Assembly (NCBI RefSeq): GCF_009914755.1
Contig: NC_060947.1
From: the human T2T-CHM13v2.0 reference genome, Homo sapiens
DNA: 64,000 nt
Strand: one strand, 5' to 3'
Below, one piece after another: positions 27,365 through 45,190 of the stretch (position 1 is its first letter; each line of letters opens with the position of its first letter). The notes beneath the pieces are model-generated. The model did no database searches and had not been told where the DNA came from. It saw nothing but the letters and a program-made list of their open reading frames with translations. Both the position numbers and the translations under genes were made by a program.

Positions 27365-28049
27365 CTTGAGAAGGACACCACAGAGCCCTGGTCTTAACAA
27401 ATCAACTAACTGCGAACAGGTAGGTCTCGAACTAGCTGGAAATCAACTGTAAATCAGAAGTTCCCAGTGCATATCAGAGGGAACTACTTATAAATTAAGC
27501 ACAGACTAAAAATTAAAATAGGAGCATTCAAGGATAAAAAGAATATCAATAAACCCTGGACAGGAATAGCACTGCTCCTTTTTTTCAAGCCATAGAGACA
27601 TTCACAATTCTTTGGATTCATATTTAATCTAACTTCCATATCAGACCAGGTATTATAAATATTAATGAACAGAAATAACTCAAAGAGACTAACAGTAATG
27701 AGAAAAGGTAAGAACTATGGGAATTAACTGTAAAGTTTTAGGGTTACACTTAAAATGTTAGAGGAGTAAAACTGCATAGAAATTTATTACTAATGGAATT
27801 GTATAGTTCACAATAAACAATTTAAACAAACAAAAATAATAAAGGATGCTCCAAAAATAGTAAATAAATGCCTCTTTTCCTAAAACATATCTCATTGTAC
27901 AATATTGATTCATGAAGACATAGCAATAAAATTTCCTCTCTCATTAGGACATACAGTTCCAATTCTAAAATGTTATTGGTGTTGCTTTTATCAAATGAAA
28001 GAAAAATAAAGCCTTCACTCTGACGCAAGGTGAGAAGTGGAGCTGGCTC

Positions 28050-28182
28050 ATTTCCCTTCTAGGCTCATCACCTCTGTTAAAAGTAACCAAAAGCTCAGGA
28101 TGGGGTGGTGTCCACAGTCAGTGGAGGGGACTGAGCTCCACCATTCATGGGGGACTGGACGAGAGCCATTTGGCTGGGGCAT
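28050..28182 (-). pseudogene. MIA3-like exon (acceptor degenerate)
   Basis: PSQMALVQSPMNGGAQSPPLTVDT versus [25 protein letters not shown]; boundaries approximate. Confidence 0.75.
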
Positions 28183-28363
28183 TTGAGGAAAATTGTGTCC
28201 TGACACCCAGTGAGACAACTGCTCTCTTTAGTAAGTGCTTGAAACTCTTTCCAGGAAACATAACAATTACCCTCCACCCTGACCCCTCACCCCCAAAAGG
28301 AGAAGCAGAGTGTGTGGATTGTACAGCAGAAGTTACATGGCTGCCTTCACAGTGAGCTCCTAC

Positions 28364-28458
28364 CTCTTTGGGGATGATTCTCTATGCCTGGTTGTCCACT
28401 AGCTGGCTCCTGACTAATGTGTCTCTCCAGCACTCTCTGTTTTTCAATCATTTCCTAT
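28364..28458 (-). pseudogene. MIA3-like exon
   Basis: *EMIEKQRVLERHISQEPASGQPGIENHPQR|gtagga versus [33 protein letters not shown]. Confidence 0.65.
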
Positions 28459-28578
28459 CTTGGAGATAGAGAAAGAATGAACTTAAATAAGAATTAAAAC
28501 ACCAAGTTCTTTACTAGATACTCAAAGCTTTGTCTTAAAACAAAAACATCCTTAGAAATGTCCATCACAATTACCTAC

Positions 28579-28640
28579 CTGTGCTGCTTGTAGGCAGCCT
28601 TCTTCTCTTGCATCTCCCTCTGCGAGGCTTAAACACAGAG
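28579..28640 (-). pseudogene. MIA3-like exon with in-frame stop
   Basis: ccgcag|LCV*ASQREMQEKKAAYKQHR|gtaggt versus [23 protein letters not shown]. Confidence 0.75.
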
Positions 28641-28719
28641 CTGCGGGGGAGAAAAATACATCCACGTCCTGACCTGGCAGATTATGTCCAAAAGCAAGGA
28701 AAGAAAAAAAAAAACTTAC

Positions 28720-28755
28720 CCAGTTGTCGTAAGCCTTTCTTTCAGAAGTGGCGAT
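28720..28755 (-). pseudogene. MIA3-like 36-bp exon
   Basis: tttcag|IATSERKAYDNW|gtaagt versus IATHEKKAHENW. Confidence 0.9.
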
Positions 28756-28865
28756 CTGAAAAAGCCAACACATGAGAAACCATATGTTTAAGGAGTCTAA
28801 GGGCCATGAGATCATTTGCATCAGCGCTGAAGGATTCTGCAACTGCTGGGAAGAAGGCTCCTTAC

Positions 28866-28926
28866 CTGGCATCTGTAGTAGTCTTCTACCCAATTCTGCT
28901 GCTCTTCTGTGTCTTCCATCATTTTC
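28866..28926 (-). pseudogene. MIA3-like 61-bp exon
   Basis: ccatag|KMMEDTEEQQNWVEDYYRCQ|gtaagg versus [20 protein letters not shown]; length and phase fit. Confidence 0.75.
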
Positions 28927-29446
28927 CTATGGTTTAGAATCACTTTTATCAGGTAAAGTGCCATTTTAAGTATGATTTTAAATAAACTGCCATGTTCCTG
29001 TTATCCTCACAACTGTACCCTTACACAATCTATCCATAGATAGAAAACGCATTCCACATGGTTATAAAAATACAGTACTATAAAAAACTGTTGCTATATT
29101 GATTCCTTATCTATTATTTAATGCCTGCTGGGTTCTGAGTTGGCAATTTCCTTACCTACTCTCAGTATGTCCTTAATTTATCCTTCATTGAGCATCACTT
29201 ATCATAAATCTCTATTCTCCTTGTACTAATATCCTTACCATATTTCACAGGGAAGAACAACTGGGCTTATAAACAGGCACAGTCCTTTTTAAGGATGTGA
29301 TTGATCCTACAGCAATGCACTTTCCTAAGGATGATGACAATCATCCCTAGAAAAGTTTGCGTAAACTGAGTTTCAACACAGTCTGCCCAGCATTGGAGTC
29401 AGGAAACGTTTTATTACTTCACAGTTTTTGGTCACTGGTAAATCTC

Positions 29447-29752
29447 TTTTTTTTTTTTTTTTTTTTTTTTGAGACGGAGTCTTGCTCTGTTGCCCAAGGC
29501 TAGAGTGCAGTGGTGCGATCTCGCCTCACTACAAGCTCTGCCTCCGGGATTCATGCCATTCTTCTGCCTCAGCCTCCTGAGTAGCTGGGACCACAGGCGC
29601 CCGCCACCACGCCCGGCTAATTTTTTGTATTTTTAGTAGAGACGGGGTTTCACCATGTTAGCCAGGATGGTCTCAATCTCCTGACCTCATGATCCGCCCG
29701 CCTCGGCCTCCCAAAGTGCTGGGAATACAGGCATGAGCCACTGCGCCTGGCC
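29447..29752 (-). mobile_element. AluY
   Basis: ACAAGCTCTGCCTCC, GTTAGCCAGGATGGTCTC; TSD GTCACTGGTAAATCT / GTCATTGGTAAATCT. Confidence 0.95.
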
Positions 29753-29936
29753 AGTCATTGGTAAATCTTAAAGTACTTTGTTTTCTCTTGTGTGAATTTT
29801 CTCTCTCTCTCAATATGTCTTCTGACCATTTGTTTATCTTTCTGTGTTAATTGGGTATAAACATTGTACAAAGGTTAAAAACAAAATACTCCAACAGGGG
29901 TTTCCCAAGAGGTTGGTATTGAGTCTCTGAAGTCAC

Positions 29937-30037
29937 TTGTAGGTGTGTATTTCCTCAATTACTAATTTCAAGCTTCCCTGCGCCTCTGACAACTGCCTCT
30001 CCTTTGCTGCTCGCTCACGTTCTTTCATCTCAGCTTC
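29937..30037 (-). pseudogene. MIA3-like exon (101 bp; 1-nt deletion shifts frame)
   Basis: tctcag|...MKERERAAKERQLSEAQGSLKLVIEEIHTYK|gtgact versus [31 protein letters not shown]. Confidence 0.8.
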
Positions 30038-32131
30038 CTGAGATGAGAAAGGAAAGAAATGTATGCACATGATCCAGTAGCCAGTGTGGGATTCTTTCTT
30101 CCCTTCCAGCATCTGAAGACTGTGATTAAAAGGTCCTTTGCCAATCTTCCCATATATATACCAACAGATCTTCATAATGAGAGGGAGAATGGAAGCCTCC
30201 CATTGAGGGACAAAAAAAAAAAAAAAAAAATTCACACTCTGGCCTGCTGGCAAGTCCTCTGTAATTTCCAGCTCCTCTTCATAGCTCTATACTCCTACTC
30301 ACTAGTAAGTAAATCAAGGACTATAAAAAGCTTCTATGAGATGCACTATGTGTCCTTCTGGGGTCAGTCTTGTGCTTGACACAGTGAAAGCTCATTTTAG
30401 TTCAATGTGGAAAACCAGACCTGACCAACTCATCACAACTAAATCAATCAGGATGGAGCAGAGGATCATTCTTTGTCTGACTCCTCCCATGGGGAGACCT
30501 GATTCTCAGTCAGAGGCTGGTGCCAGAACCCAGACAATCAGCCTTAGAGAGATCCTTCCAGGATATGGTGTCATTAACCCTGTAGTTCACCACTGCACGT
30601 TTCCATGATTCAGAATTGGAACTCTTGTCATCGACTTCAAAGATTCTGGTTGACAGAAAAGGTAAATCTGAGTGCTGGGCACATCTACTGAATCAAAAAT
30701 AATCTGAGTGGCTCCTTAGTCAGGGTGTTATGTCCTGGAAATAGGTGATAACTGCAAACCATCAACCCTGGTGTTGATCGAGTTTAACAAGGTTCAGTTC
30801 ATCGATAGTGGAGGCAGAAAATGGCAATAGCCTAAAAAGATAGGTTTGCTGTGTTGCCCTCACACTACTTCATTCACGACTCTGATTCAAAGGATCTCAT
30901 TTGAGAATTGATTTCATATGAAGGACACGTAAAATTCGCCAAACTTTAGGAAACAGGGACAAAGACACTTTAAAGAGAAAGTGAATGCACTTGTTTCTGA
31001 ATACCTAAGCCATCCTTCAGCACATGCTGTCTGGAGTAGCCCAAAGCAAGGAGTTTGTTGTGAGGTACTGATGATGCAAGGGGAGCAGGGACTTGTTCCC
31101 ACCCTAAAGGAGCTCACAGTTTAATGCAAATGAGAAGCCAGTGAGAACATCATTACCCCTGCTGTGCTCTTGAGAACTAGGAACACAAAACATGAATCTT
31201 AAGAAAAGCAAAGGAGAAGTTCTGCTTTTGAGTGGGGATGAGTGCATCTGAAGCTTCTGATCTCCCACGAGAACAATGGAGAACACCAGACAGAATATAA
31301 AACACATGATTGAATGCATCCAATTGCTAACATGGCATTAAAGGACATGAGGACAAGATGGATAAGAAAACCTAGGACAAAGGTCAGCCCAGCATTCGGG
31401 GCCCATTTCCCTGAGTTTCACTGCTTAATTCCAGAAGGGACTACTGAGATGTAAAGAAGCAGAGCACCCTTTGCACACTGCATGGGATTGGATGGAAAAC
31501 AAGTGGAGTTGAGGGTCTTCCATTGAAGGTGACCCCTACTAAAGTCCAGTAGCTTTGGTTGGGACCCAGAAGAGTCACACGCTAGGAATAAAGGTGGACA
31601 GGAAATACATTTGCCTTTATAAGGACTGAGCCTTCACTGATGACCTCAATTGCTGACTGGATAAAGGGAGTCCAGGTCTGCTAGTACCCCTGACCATTCA
31701 CCAGAAGTAGACTCCCATTTTTTCTGCAGGATAACATCCAACTAGGCCTCAGTTTGTTTCTGAATATTTTTTACAGTGTCTCACATTTAATAAAAAATGA
31801 TTAGCCATATGGCAGGAAAAATGCAATGTAATATGACCAAAACCTAAAGGACTATGAAAATAGATCTAAAGGTGACCCAGGTATTCAATGTAAAGACGTC
31901 AGTACCAGTTCCTCCTCTTCTACCTAATCAATTACAAACAAGAATGTATGAAGGGAAAGGAAATATGCAGATTACAGAAATCATGGCAGGAAGGACAAGC
32001 ACAATTTTCTAAAGACTTAATTTGCCACAAATATTGCATAAAATATTTTAAAGGAAATTATAATTGTCTCCTTTGGTTGACACATGGTTCATACAACAGC
32101 ATTTGTGTCAATGAACACATTGACATCTTAC

Positions 32132-32270
32132 TCTTCCTCAGTAGTCGTTCTTTGTCTGTAGATTTTGTAAACACTATCTACTTTCATCTTCATCTTTTTT
32201 ATTTCAGGTTGCACTTCTGCTTCCATAGAACTTCGTGAAGCAAAGAGGACTTTCTGGTCATTTTTCATTC
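32132..32270 (-). pseudogene. MIA3-like 139-bp exon (open)
   Basis: ttccag|GMKNDQKVLFASRSSMEAEVQPEIKKMKMKVDSVYKIYRQRTTTEE|gtaaga; same length and phases as DQVKKLEDD...YQQKEMALQK. Confidence 0.75.
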
Positions 32271-32434
32271 CTGGAAAGGATAAAACCATTTTCTTCGTGT
32301 GCATGCATGTGTACCTGAGACCTTGGTTAGGGTGGGGAGAGGAGAAGGTGAGAAATCTGAAGGCAGGAAGCTGTTCTTCACCATCCCAGGGCAAACTCAT
32401 TTCCATGCTATCGGGACTCCATCAAATAGTAAAC

Positions 32435-32515
32435 CTTCCAGCTTATGATTATTGGACCTCCAGGGTCTCAGCTGTAAATCTTTGAATCTGTCATTTACAT
32501 TTTGTGACTTTAAGA
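32435..32515 (-). pseudogene. Probable MIA3-like exon
   Basis: ...NDRFKDLQLRPWRSNNHKLE|gtttac versus [22 protein letters not shown]; 5' boundary unclear. Confidence 0.55.
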
Positions 32516-32720
32516 CAGATTTGAGAAAAGACATTTAAGAAATAATAATTGTACAACAACATGAATATACTTAACACAACTGAACTGTACACTAAAACAT
32601 GGTTAAGATGGTAATTATTATGTTATGAATATTTTACCACAGGTAAAAATGTTTAACAATTTGAAAAGCAAGTAATTATATTTAGCTCTCTGAGTTCTAT
32701 AATTTGTAACATTTCACCAC

Positions 32721-32825
32721 CTGCTCCTTCTTGATCTTCAGCGGAGTACCTCCCTTCTGTCCCTGCCCTACTTCAGATTCCACTTTCCCTTCCCTGACAC
32801 CACCTTCATTAAGGCCAGTTTGAAC
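32721..32825 (-). pseudogene. MIA3-like 105-bp exon (open)
   Basis: catcag|VQTGLNEGGVREGKVESEVGQGQKGGTPLKIKKEQ|gtggtg versus [35 protein letters not shown]. Confidence 0.85.
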
Positions 32826-32978
32826 CTGATGCGAAATATTCTCACTAATGACTTAATTTCCACAAACAAAGAATTCCATGTGGATATCATATGATTTTAA
32901 TCTTCTAAGACATGAAATATTTGTTCTCCTCATAGCTAAGATGCAATGAAAGTCTTGTGGCAGATGTGGGTCATTTAC

Positions 32979-33048
32979 CTCTGAAATTCCTGAGGTATTC
33001 ATTGAAATAACATCTTTCAAGTTCTTTGTAGAATTTTGTTTCCAACTT
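32979..33048 (-). pseudogene. MIA3-like exon
   Basis: [19 protein letters not shown]|gtaaat versus [20 protein letters not shown]; acceptor uncertain. Confidence 0.85.
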
Positions 33049-33778
33049 TTGCATATAGGATAGAAGCAAAACATGTACCAGGATTTCAGTAGATGCACCA
33101 AATGGTCTGCTAAAAAGATGAAACAGCAACCATGCCTATCCCACAGCTACTGCTATATTTCATGGGGAAGTAGCTGGCCCAGTATGAGGATAGGAGAAAT
33201 GTTGAGCACATTTATAAATGAAGAGCAAAGAAACACCATGAGGCATGAACATTTTGTGGCACCCATGATATTCCTGCTTACAAGATAATGGGATAAGTGA
33301 GTAGATGACAAGGAGAAAGTAGAGACAATGCGAAATTGTTCAAGTCAAACAGCTCAACTGAACTTTTCTTAATGGAATATTTAAAAAGAGGCACGTAAAG
33401 AAAAACTTCCCCCAATTCACACTGAAACATTCTCTGTTCAGCACTAAGTGGGGTAGGGACTGTTCAATGTGCCTAGATATCTTCATCACTCATATATTTT
33501 CTGTTTTCTGTATATCTTGAAGGGCAGTGCCAAATAATGTGACAATTACCTATATTGTAAAAATAAAACACACTTCCTATTCCCTTTAATATAAAAAGTC
33601 ATTGTGGTATTAGTACTTTTATTCCAGGTCATTGTTCAGAAGAAGGTTCAGCCCCCAGACACCCACACTTTTACTGTGGCGGGCAGCAAGATAAAATGTA
33701 GAGCTCAATTCACCCAATGGACAAAAAGGCTCAAAAGCCAAATTGAATCATGGTACAATTTAGCAGCCAAATTCTTAT

Positions 33779-33887
33779 CAAGTTCAGACTTTTGACATGC
33801 TGATCCCTCTCAATTGCAACTGGGAACATGTACTTTGAATGACATCATTCAAAATGTTATTTTTCCTTCAAAGTTTTTGATGTTATC
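33779..33887 (-). pseudogene. MIA3-like exon (frameshifted, donor GT>AT)
   Basis: ttgaag|DNIKNFEGK..ILNDVIQS...ERDQHVKSLNL|ataaga versus DKIKTLEKNQEILDDTAK...EREQNVKNQDL. Confidence 0.8.
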
Positions 33888-33978
33888 CTTCAATAAAACA
33901 TATGAAATCATTAACAATTATTCATTACTCTTCTTTCTGTTTTTAGACTGTAATCCAGGCAAAAACAAGGGATTTTAC

Positions 33979-34056
33979 CTTATACTTAAGCATTTCATCA
34001 GAGAGAATCTTGTGTTGTTTCTTAGTTTCTTGAGGATGTTTCTTTGATCCACTGAT
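33979..34056 (-). pseudogene. MIA3-like 78-bp exon (open)
   Basis: atatag|ISGSKKHPQETKKQHKILSDEMLKYK|gtaaaa versus [26 protein letters not shown]. Confidence 0.92.
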
Positions 34057-34318
34057 CTATATAAATATGTAATAAAAACCAGAATTTAAAAATATTATAC
34101 TGCTAGAAAAACCTATCTTGAACTATGTAACTCCTAACACAAATGAAAACAACAGTACTTTACATATATGAAGCTTACTTTGAATGTGGACAGTTTATAG
34201 ACCATATGAACTAGGACACTAAGTGAAAGGGGAAGGACCAAAATAACAGAATTGTGGGAGGTGGGAGCTATTTAAAGTGAAACCATGAAAAATTAAAAAA
34301 TTGAAAAGACAATGATAC

Positions 34319-34404
34319 TTTCTGTTCCCAAATGTATATTTCTTCTACAAGTTCTGACTTTTCCTTCTTGACATTAATCTTCTCAGAAACTGGTTGTAAA
34401 TTAA
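34319..34404 (-). pseudogene. MIA3-like 86-bp exon (open)
   Basis: ttttag|NLQPVSEKINVKKEKSELVEEIYIWEQK|gtatca versus [29 protein letters not shown]. Confidence 0.85.
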
Positions 34405-35925
34405 CTAAAAGAAGATAAAAACAATCTCTAAGATTAGGAAAACCTCATAAAATTGAATTACCCTAATGTATTAGCTGCAATCACACACTATCTGGCACTA
34501 TGATCATAAAATAACTTTTTTTAGCTTTATTATTGCACTTGAAGATAGCAAGTTAGTTAATTGCTTTTTGAGCCTAAGAAAAGAAATATGAAAATAACAA
34601 CCCTATTTCAATGAGAATCCTATTTGATAATTTTCCAAATATTGGGAAACATTTAGTCTTTGCCTAATTGCTCTCCATCAATAGCCACTATTCTTCTTGG
34701 AAAATTCCATCAGTTCAAACAGTTTTACCATCATCAGAGATGAAACACAGTGAAAATTAAATATCCTATCTATAACTCTTCTGTCCTCTAATTATCAAGG
34801 CAAATAAATAGGTCCCTTCAAAAAAGCCCCTCATTTTGGCAGGCTTGATTCACTTCCAGTCACTCTTTGCAATTCCATAGAAGGAACATTCAAAGTATCA
34901 ACTGATTGGCTATTCAAAAGCCTCCAGTGTTCTCCTGCTGCCCAGCAGGCTGTCCTTCTTGAGAACCAGTGCAGGGGCTTCTGTGACGTGGTGTATGAAA
35001 TCCAACAAGCTTAGGTACAATCTCAGGTTTACCACTTAGTCTCTCCAGGATCTGGATGATTCACAAGCCCTCTAAGACAAGCCTTTCATGCCCAGGATGA
35101 GAATGTCACCACCCACCATAGACATCAACAGCATGCAGGAAGCTCCCATCCTATAGGTGGAACATAAAACACTTGGCACACAGCCCACAATTCCAGACCC
35201 CACTGCCAGGCATTTAATCCTCTCATCTGACCCCAAAGTGCAATCTTCTTTTCTATTTGCCCATTGTAAGAGCTTTGCTGCCTTGAGGTCCCTCTTCTCA
35301 ATACTACCAACGTTGTAATCACTGTAACCAACCCTAGCCTCTGAGGGCCTACTATGTGCCAGACAGTGCAGCTCTCAACAGACAGCAACAGGTAATCTTC
35401 ACAGTCTATGAAGAATGTGCAGAATTCATTCTCCACATTGTACATCAAATTCATTTCCACATATTCTACATTGGCATTAATGGCCCTCTTCACTTAACAC
35501 TCAAAACACATGTTATAAACCTCTAATATGATACACATTTTGTTCAGCAATATCTGGATTTTTCTCTAGGCTCAGGTAGTGTCTTAATCATCTTTCCATT
35601 TCTCCAAGAGCCAGGTCATGCAAAAGTATTCCTGCCACACTTCAAATTCATATCAGCACTTGCTTCTTAAATATTGCTGTGATAAGCTAAACTCATCCTA
35701 TTCTCTCTACTCTTATGATCTCTTCCTCCTCCTACTCTCTTATCTCAATAAATGGTAACTCCATCTATGTTGTCATTTAGACTTTAACCCAGGAAGAGTA
35801 AAATTTTCAAGAAGTAAGAAGTCAACCGGATCAACCGGATATAAGGATTCATTGTATTTACTCCCAGTTGAATTTGAGCCCACATGAAATACTAGTGTGA
35901 GAAAATATTGAAAAGAAATAGACAC

Positions 35926-36232
35926 GGCCGAGCACAGTGGCTCACACCTGTAATCCCAGCACTTTGGGAGGCCAAGGTGGGCAGGTCACGAGGTCAGGAG
36001 ATTGAGACCATCCTGGCTAACACAGTGAAACGCCATCTCTACTAAAAATACGAAAAAAAAATTAGCTGGGCATGGTGGTGGGTGCCTGTAGTCCCAGCTA
36101 CTTGGGAGGCTGAGGCAGGAGAATGATGTGAACCCCGGGAGGCAGAGCTTGCAGTGAGCCGAGATCATGCCACTGCATTCCAGCCTGGGCGACAGAGAGA
36201 CTCCGTCTAAAAAAAAAAAAAAAAAAAAAAAA
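35926..36232 (+). mobile_element. AluY
   Basis: CCATCCTGGCTAACAC, GAGCTTGCAGTGAGCCG; TSD GAAAAGAAATAGACAC / GAAAAGAAATAGATAC. Confidence 0.95.
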
Positions 36233-36261
36233 GAAAAGAAATAGATACCTAAAAATCTTAC

Positions 36262-36283
36262 CTTGATATACTGAAGGCCTTAT
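36262..36283 (-). pseudogene. MIA3-like 22-bp micro-exon
   Basis: ttgcag|ATAAGGCCTTCAGTATATCAAG|gtaaga = IRPSVYQ versus VKDRVYQ. Confidence 0.8.
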
Positions 36284-36418
36284 CTGCAACAAGAAGAAAG
36301 AAAATCAAATTTTATATCAAATCATATTAAGAAATATTTATAGTTCTTGATAAAATAGCAAAACTTGTAATCCAATGAAATTATAATAATCATTTAGTTC
36401 AACATAATAACTTCATAG

Positions 36419-37175
36419 TGTTGACTCTCAGAAGACAATACTCCAGAAGATGATGCTTTGGCATACTCACGGCTTCGAATTAGTGGAGATTGTAAGGCCT
36501 CAGAAATAAGCCTCAGAACCCAAGGTCTCCTTCTGAACTTCTCCTACCCACTATATTGCTGATCCGTCCTGGAATCTCTAAGAGGGGCTTTTTCTGAAGT
36601 TTCTTTATCTAATTAATGGAAGTTCCTCCAGAAGAAATATAATTGTCTTAAAATTCCCTCCTAGGAATTTCATGAAGTAACCATGAAAGATTAATCACTG
36701 GAGAAGAGAAAAAATTAAAAGTCATTACCTTGCCTAGACATACTTTTCATTTATTCTTCAGAGAGCAGTTCCAAGAGATTACCTGGGACTTTATCTGCAT
36801 CATAAGACAACCTTTGTTCAAAGTGCCGTTCTGCCCCTCACCTTCTTGCAACTTGTCACCACCTCCCTCACATCTCAGAGGAACTTTGTCCCAGGCCAAT
36901 TGTTTGTTGCTTGGGCTGTTTCACTTCCCCTAAAAATCATTTACTGCCCCTCTAAATTGCCTACGTCTCCATCTCCCTTTCCCCAGTGAAGAGGGTGCTG
37001 TTTAAGCTTTAACCTTCTGGCCCTTCTTGCAGTCTCACATTTTGTATGGCTCTCATGTTTATGCCTGTTAATAAGTTTGTATGGTTTATCTTATCCTCTT
37101 AAGCTGTGTATTGTCAGTTCATGTCTGCAGTGAACCTTTGGAGAGGAGAGTGGAAGCTTTCCTTGCACCCATACA
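36419..37175 (+). mobile_element. ERV1-class solo LTR (MER31/MER39-like)
   Basis: TG...CA termini with 4-bp TSD ATAG; start resembles MER31 (CAGAAGACAATACTCCAGAAG...TTTGGCAT...AAGGCCTCAGAA). Confidence 0.75.
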
Positions 37176-37494
37176 ATAGAAATATAATTCAGAAAGGTTT
37201 AGAAAGGATTTCCTATTTAAGTGGTGACACTTCATAATCTATATCTGATAAAGAGCGCAAAGGTAAAAAACTTATTTTTGACCAAAAGATCTGTTTGCAT
37301 TCTCTTAAACAAACACCTATCTATTTAATTTTTATAATGTAAATGGTTGTCATAATTATCATGCTAATAAATCATTTACCTGATTTTTGTGAAACTCAAT
37401 ATTCATAATGAAGTCCAAAACCATGAATTGTTTTAAATAATTTCTTTTTATTTATGATTAAGAGTATATCTCTACAGTAAGTTCATATACTCAC

Positions 37495-37593
37495 ACCAAG
37501 GATAGTTCTCCGAAAGAAAATGGCAAATGTAGAAATTCTCAGGAAGGCAGCAATAATTATTGGTTTCCCAGCTTAGATCCAGCTGGGAACAAG
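37495..37593 (-). pseudogene. MIA3-like transmembrane exon (internal deletion, stop)
   Basis: atgtag|LVPSWI*AGKPIIIAAFLRISTFAIFFRRTILG|gtgagt versus LVATLP...[25 protein letters not shown]. Confidence 0.88.
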
Positions 37594-38067
37594 CTACATA
37601 AGCAAAAAACTCCATGGCTCAAACAGTTACACAATTTGCAGCTACCAAAGAAAAAAGTGATTATTCTCTCCTCAGTCAGTTGCTACGAGTAACACGTCTG
37701 CACAGCATATCAGAAGGATAGAAGAGAGCAAGAGCCCCCCCACACAGTCTCTCACACATGCATCCTCTGCAGATGTTAAAAAATCTCCATGGATTAGATG
37801 CTCATATTAGTAAGAATTTGAGAAACAGCAGAAATGAAGGACCATGGCAAAAAAAGGAAGATTAAAACAAGCAAGGAGATTTCTTCCTTCTAACCTTTCA
37901 TCAACACATAAAATTTAACATACTATCTTACTTTGCACAATGAAAATGAGAACATAATCCCCAATTTCACAATTATCAGTTATAAAGAACTAGACATTAA
38001 ATATTTCTGAAAGTAGCTGAATAAAATGTCAACTATTAGATCACATTTGCAAAGTAATCCACTAAAA

Positions 38068-40425
<2,358 letters not shown>

Positions 40426-40426
40426 A

Positions 40427-45190
<4,764 letters not shown>

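Larger units (their letters stand above)
25208..37593 (-). pseudogene. Unprocessed, highly diverged MIA3/TANGO1 (TANGO1S/cTAGE5-like) paralog pseudogene: TM, coiled coils and proline-rich domain
   Basis: About 16 minus-strand segments, mostly AG/GT-bounded, translate colinearly to recalled MIA3 sequence from [11 protein letters not shown] to RPLPPPF; stops and frameshifts in several. Confidence 0.88.

Noticed and set aside
25208-37593. MIA3 itself or a CTAGE retrocopy
   Set aside because: Far too diverged and disabled for hominoid MIA3, and introns are present so it is not processed.
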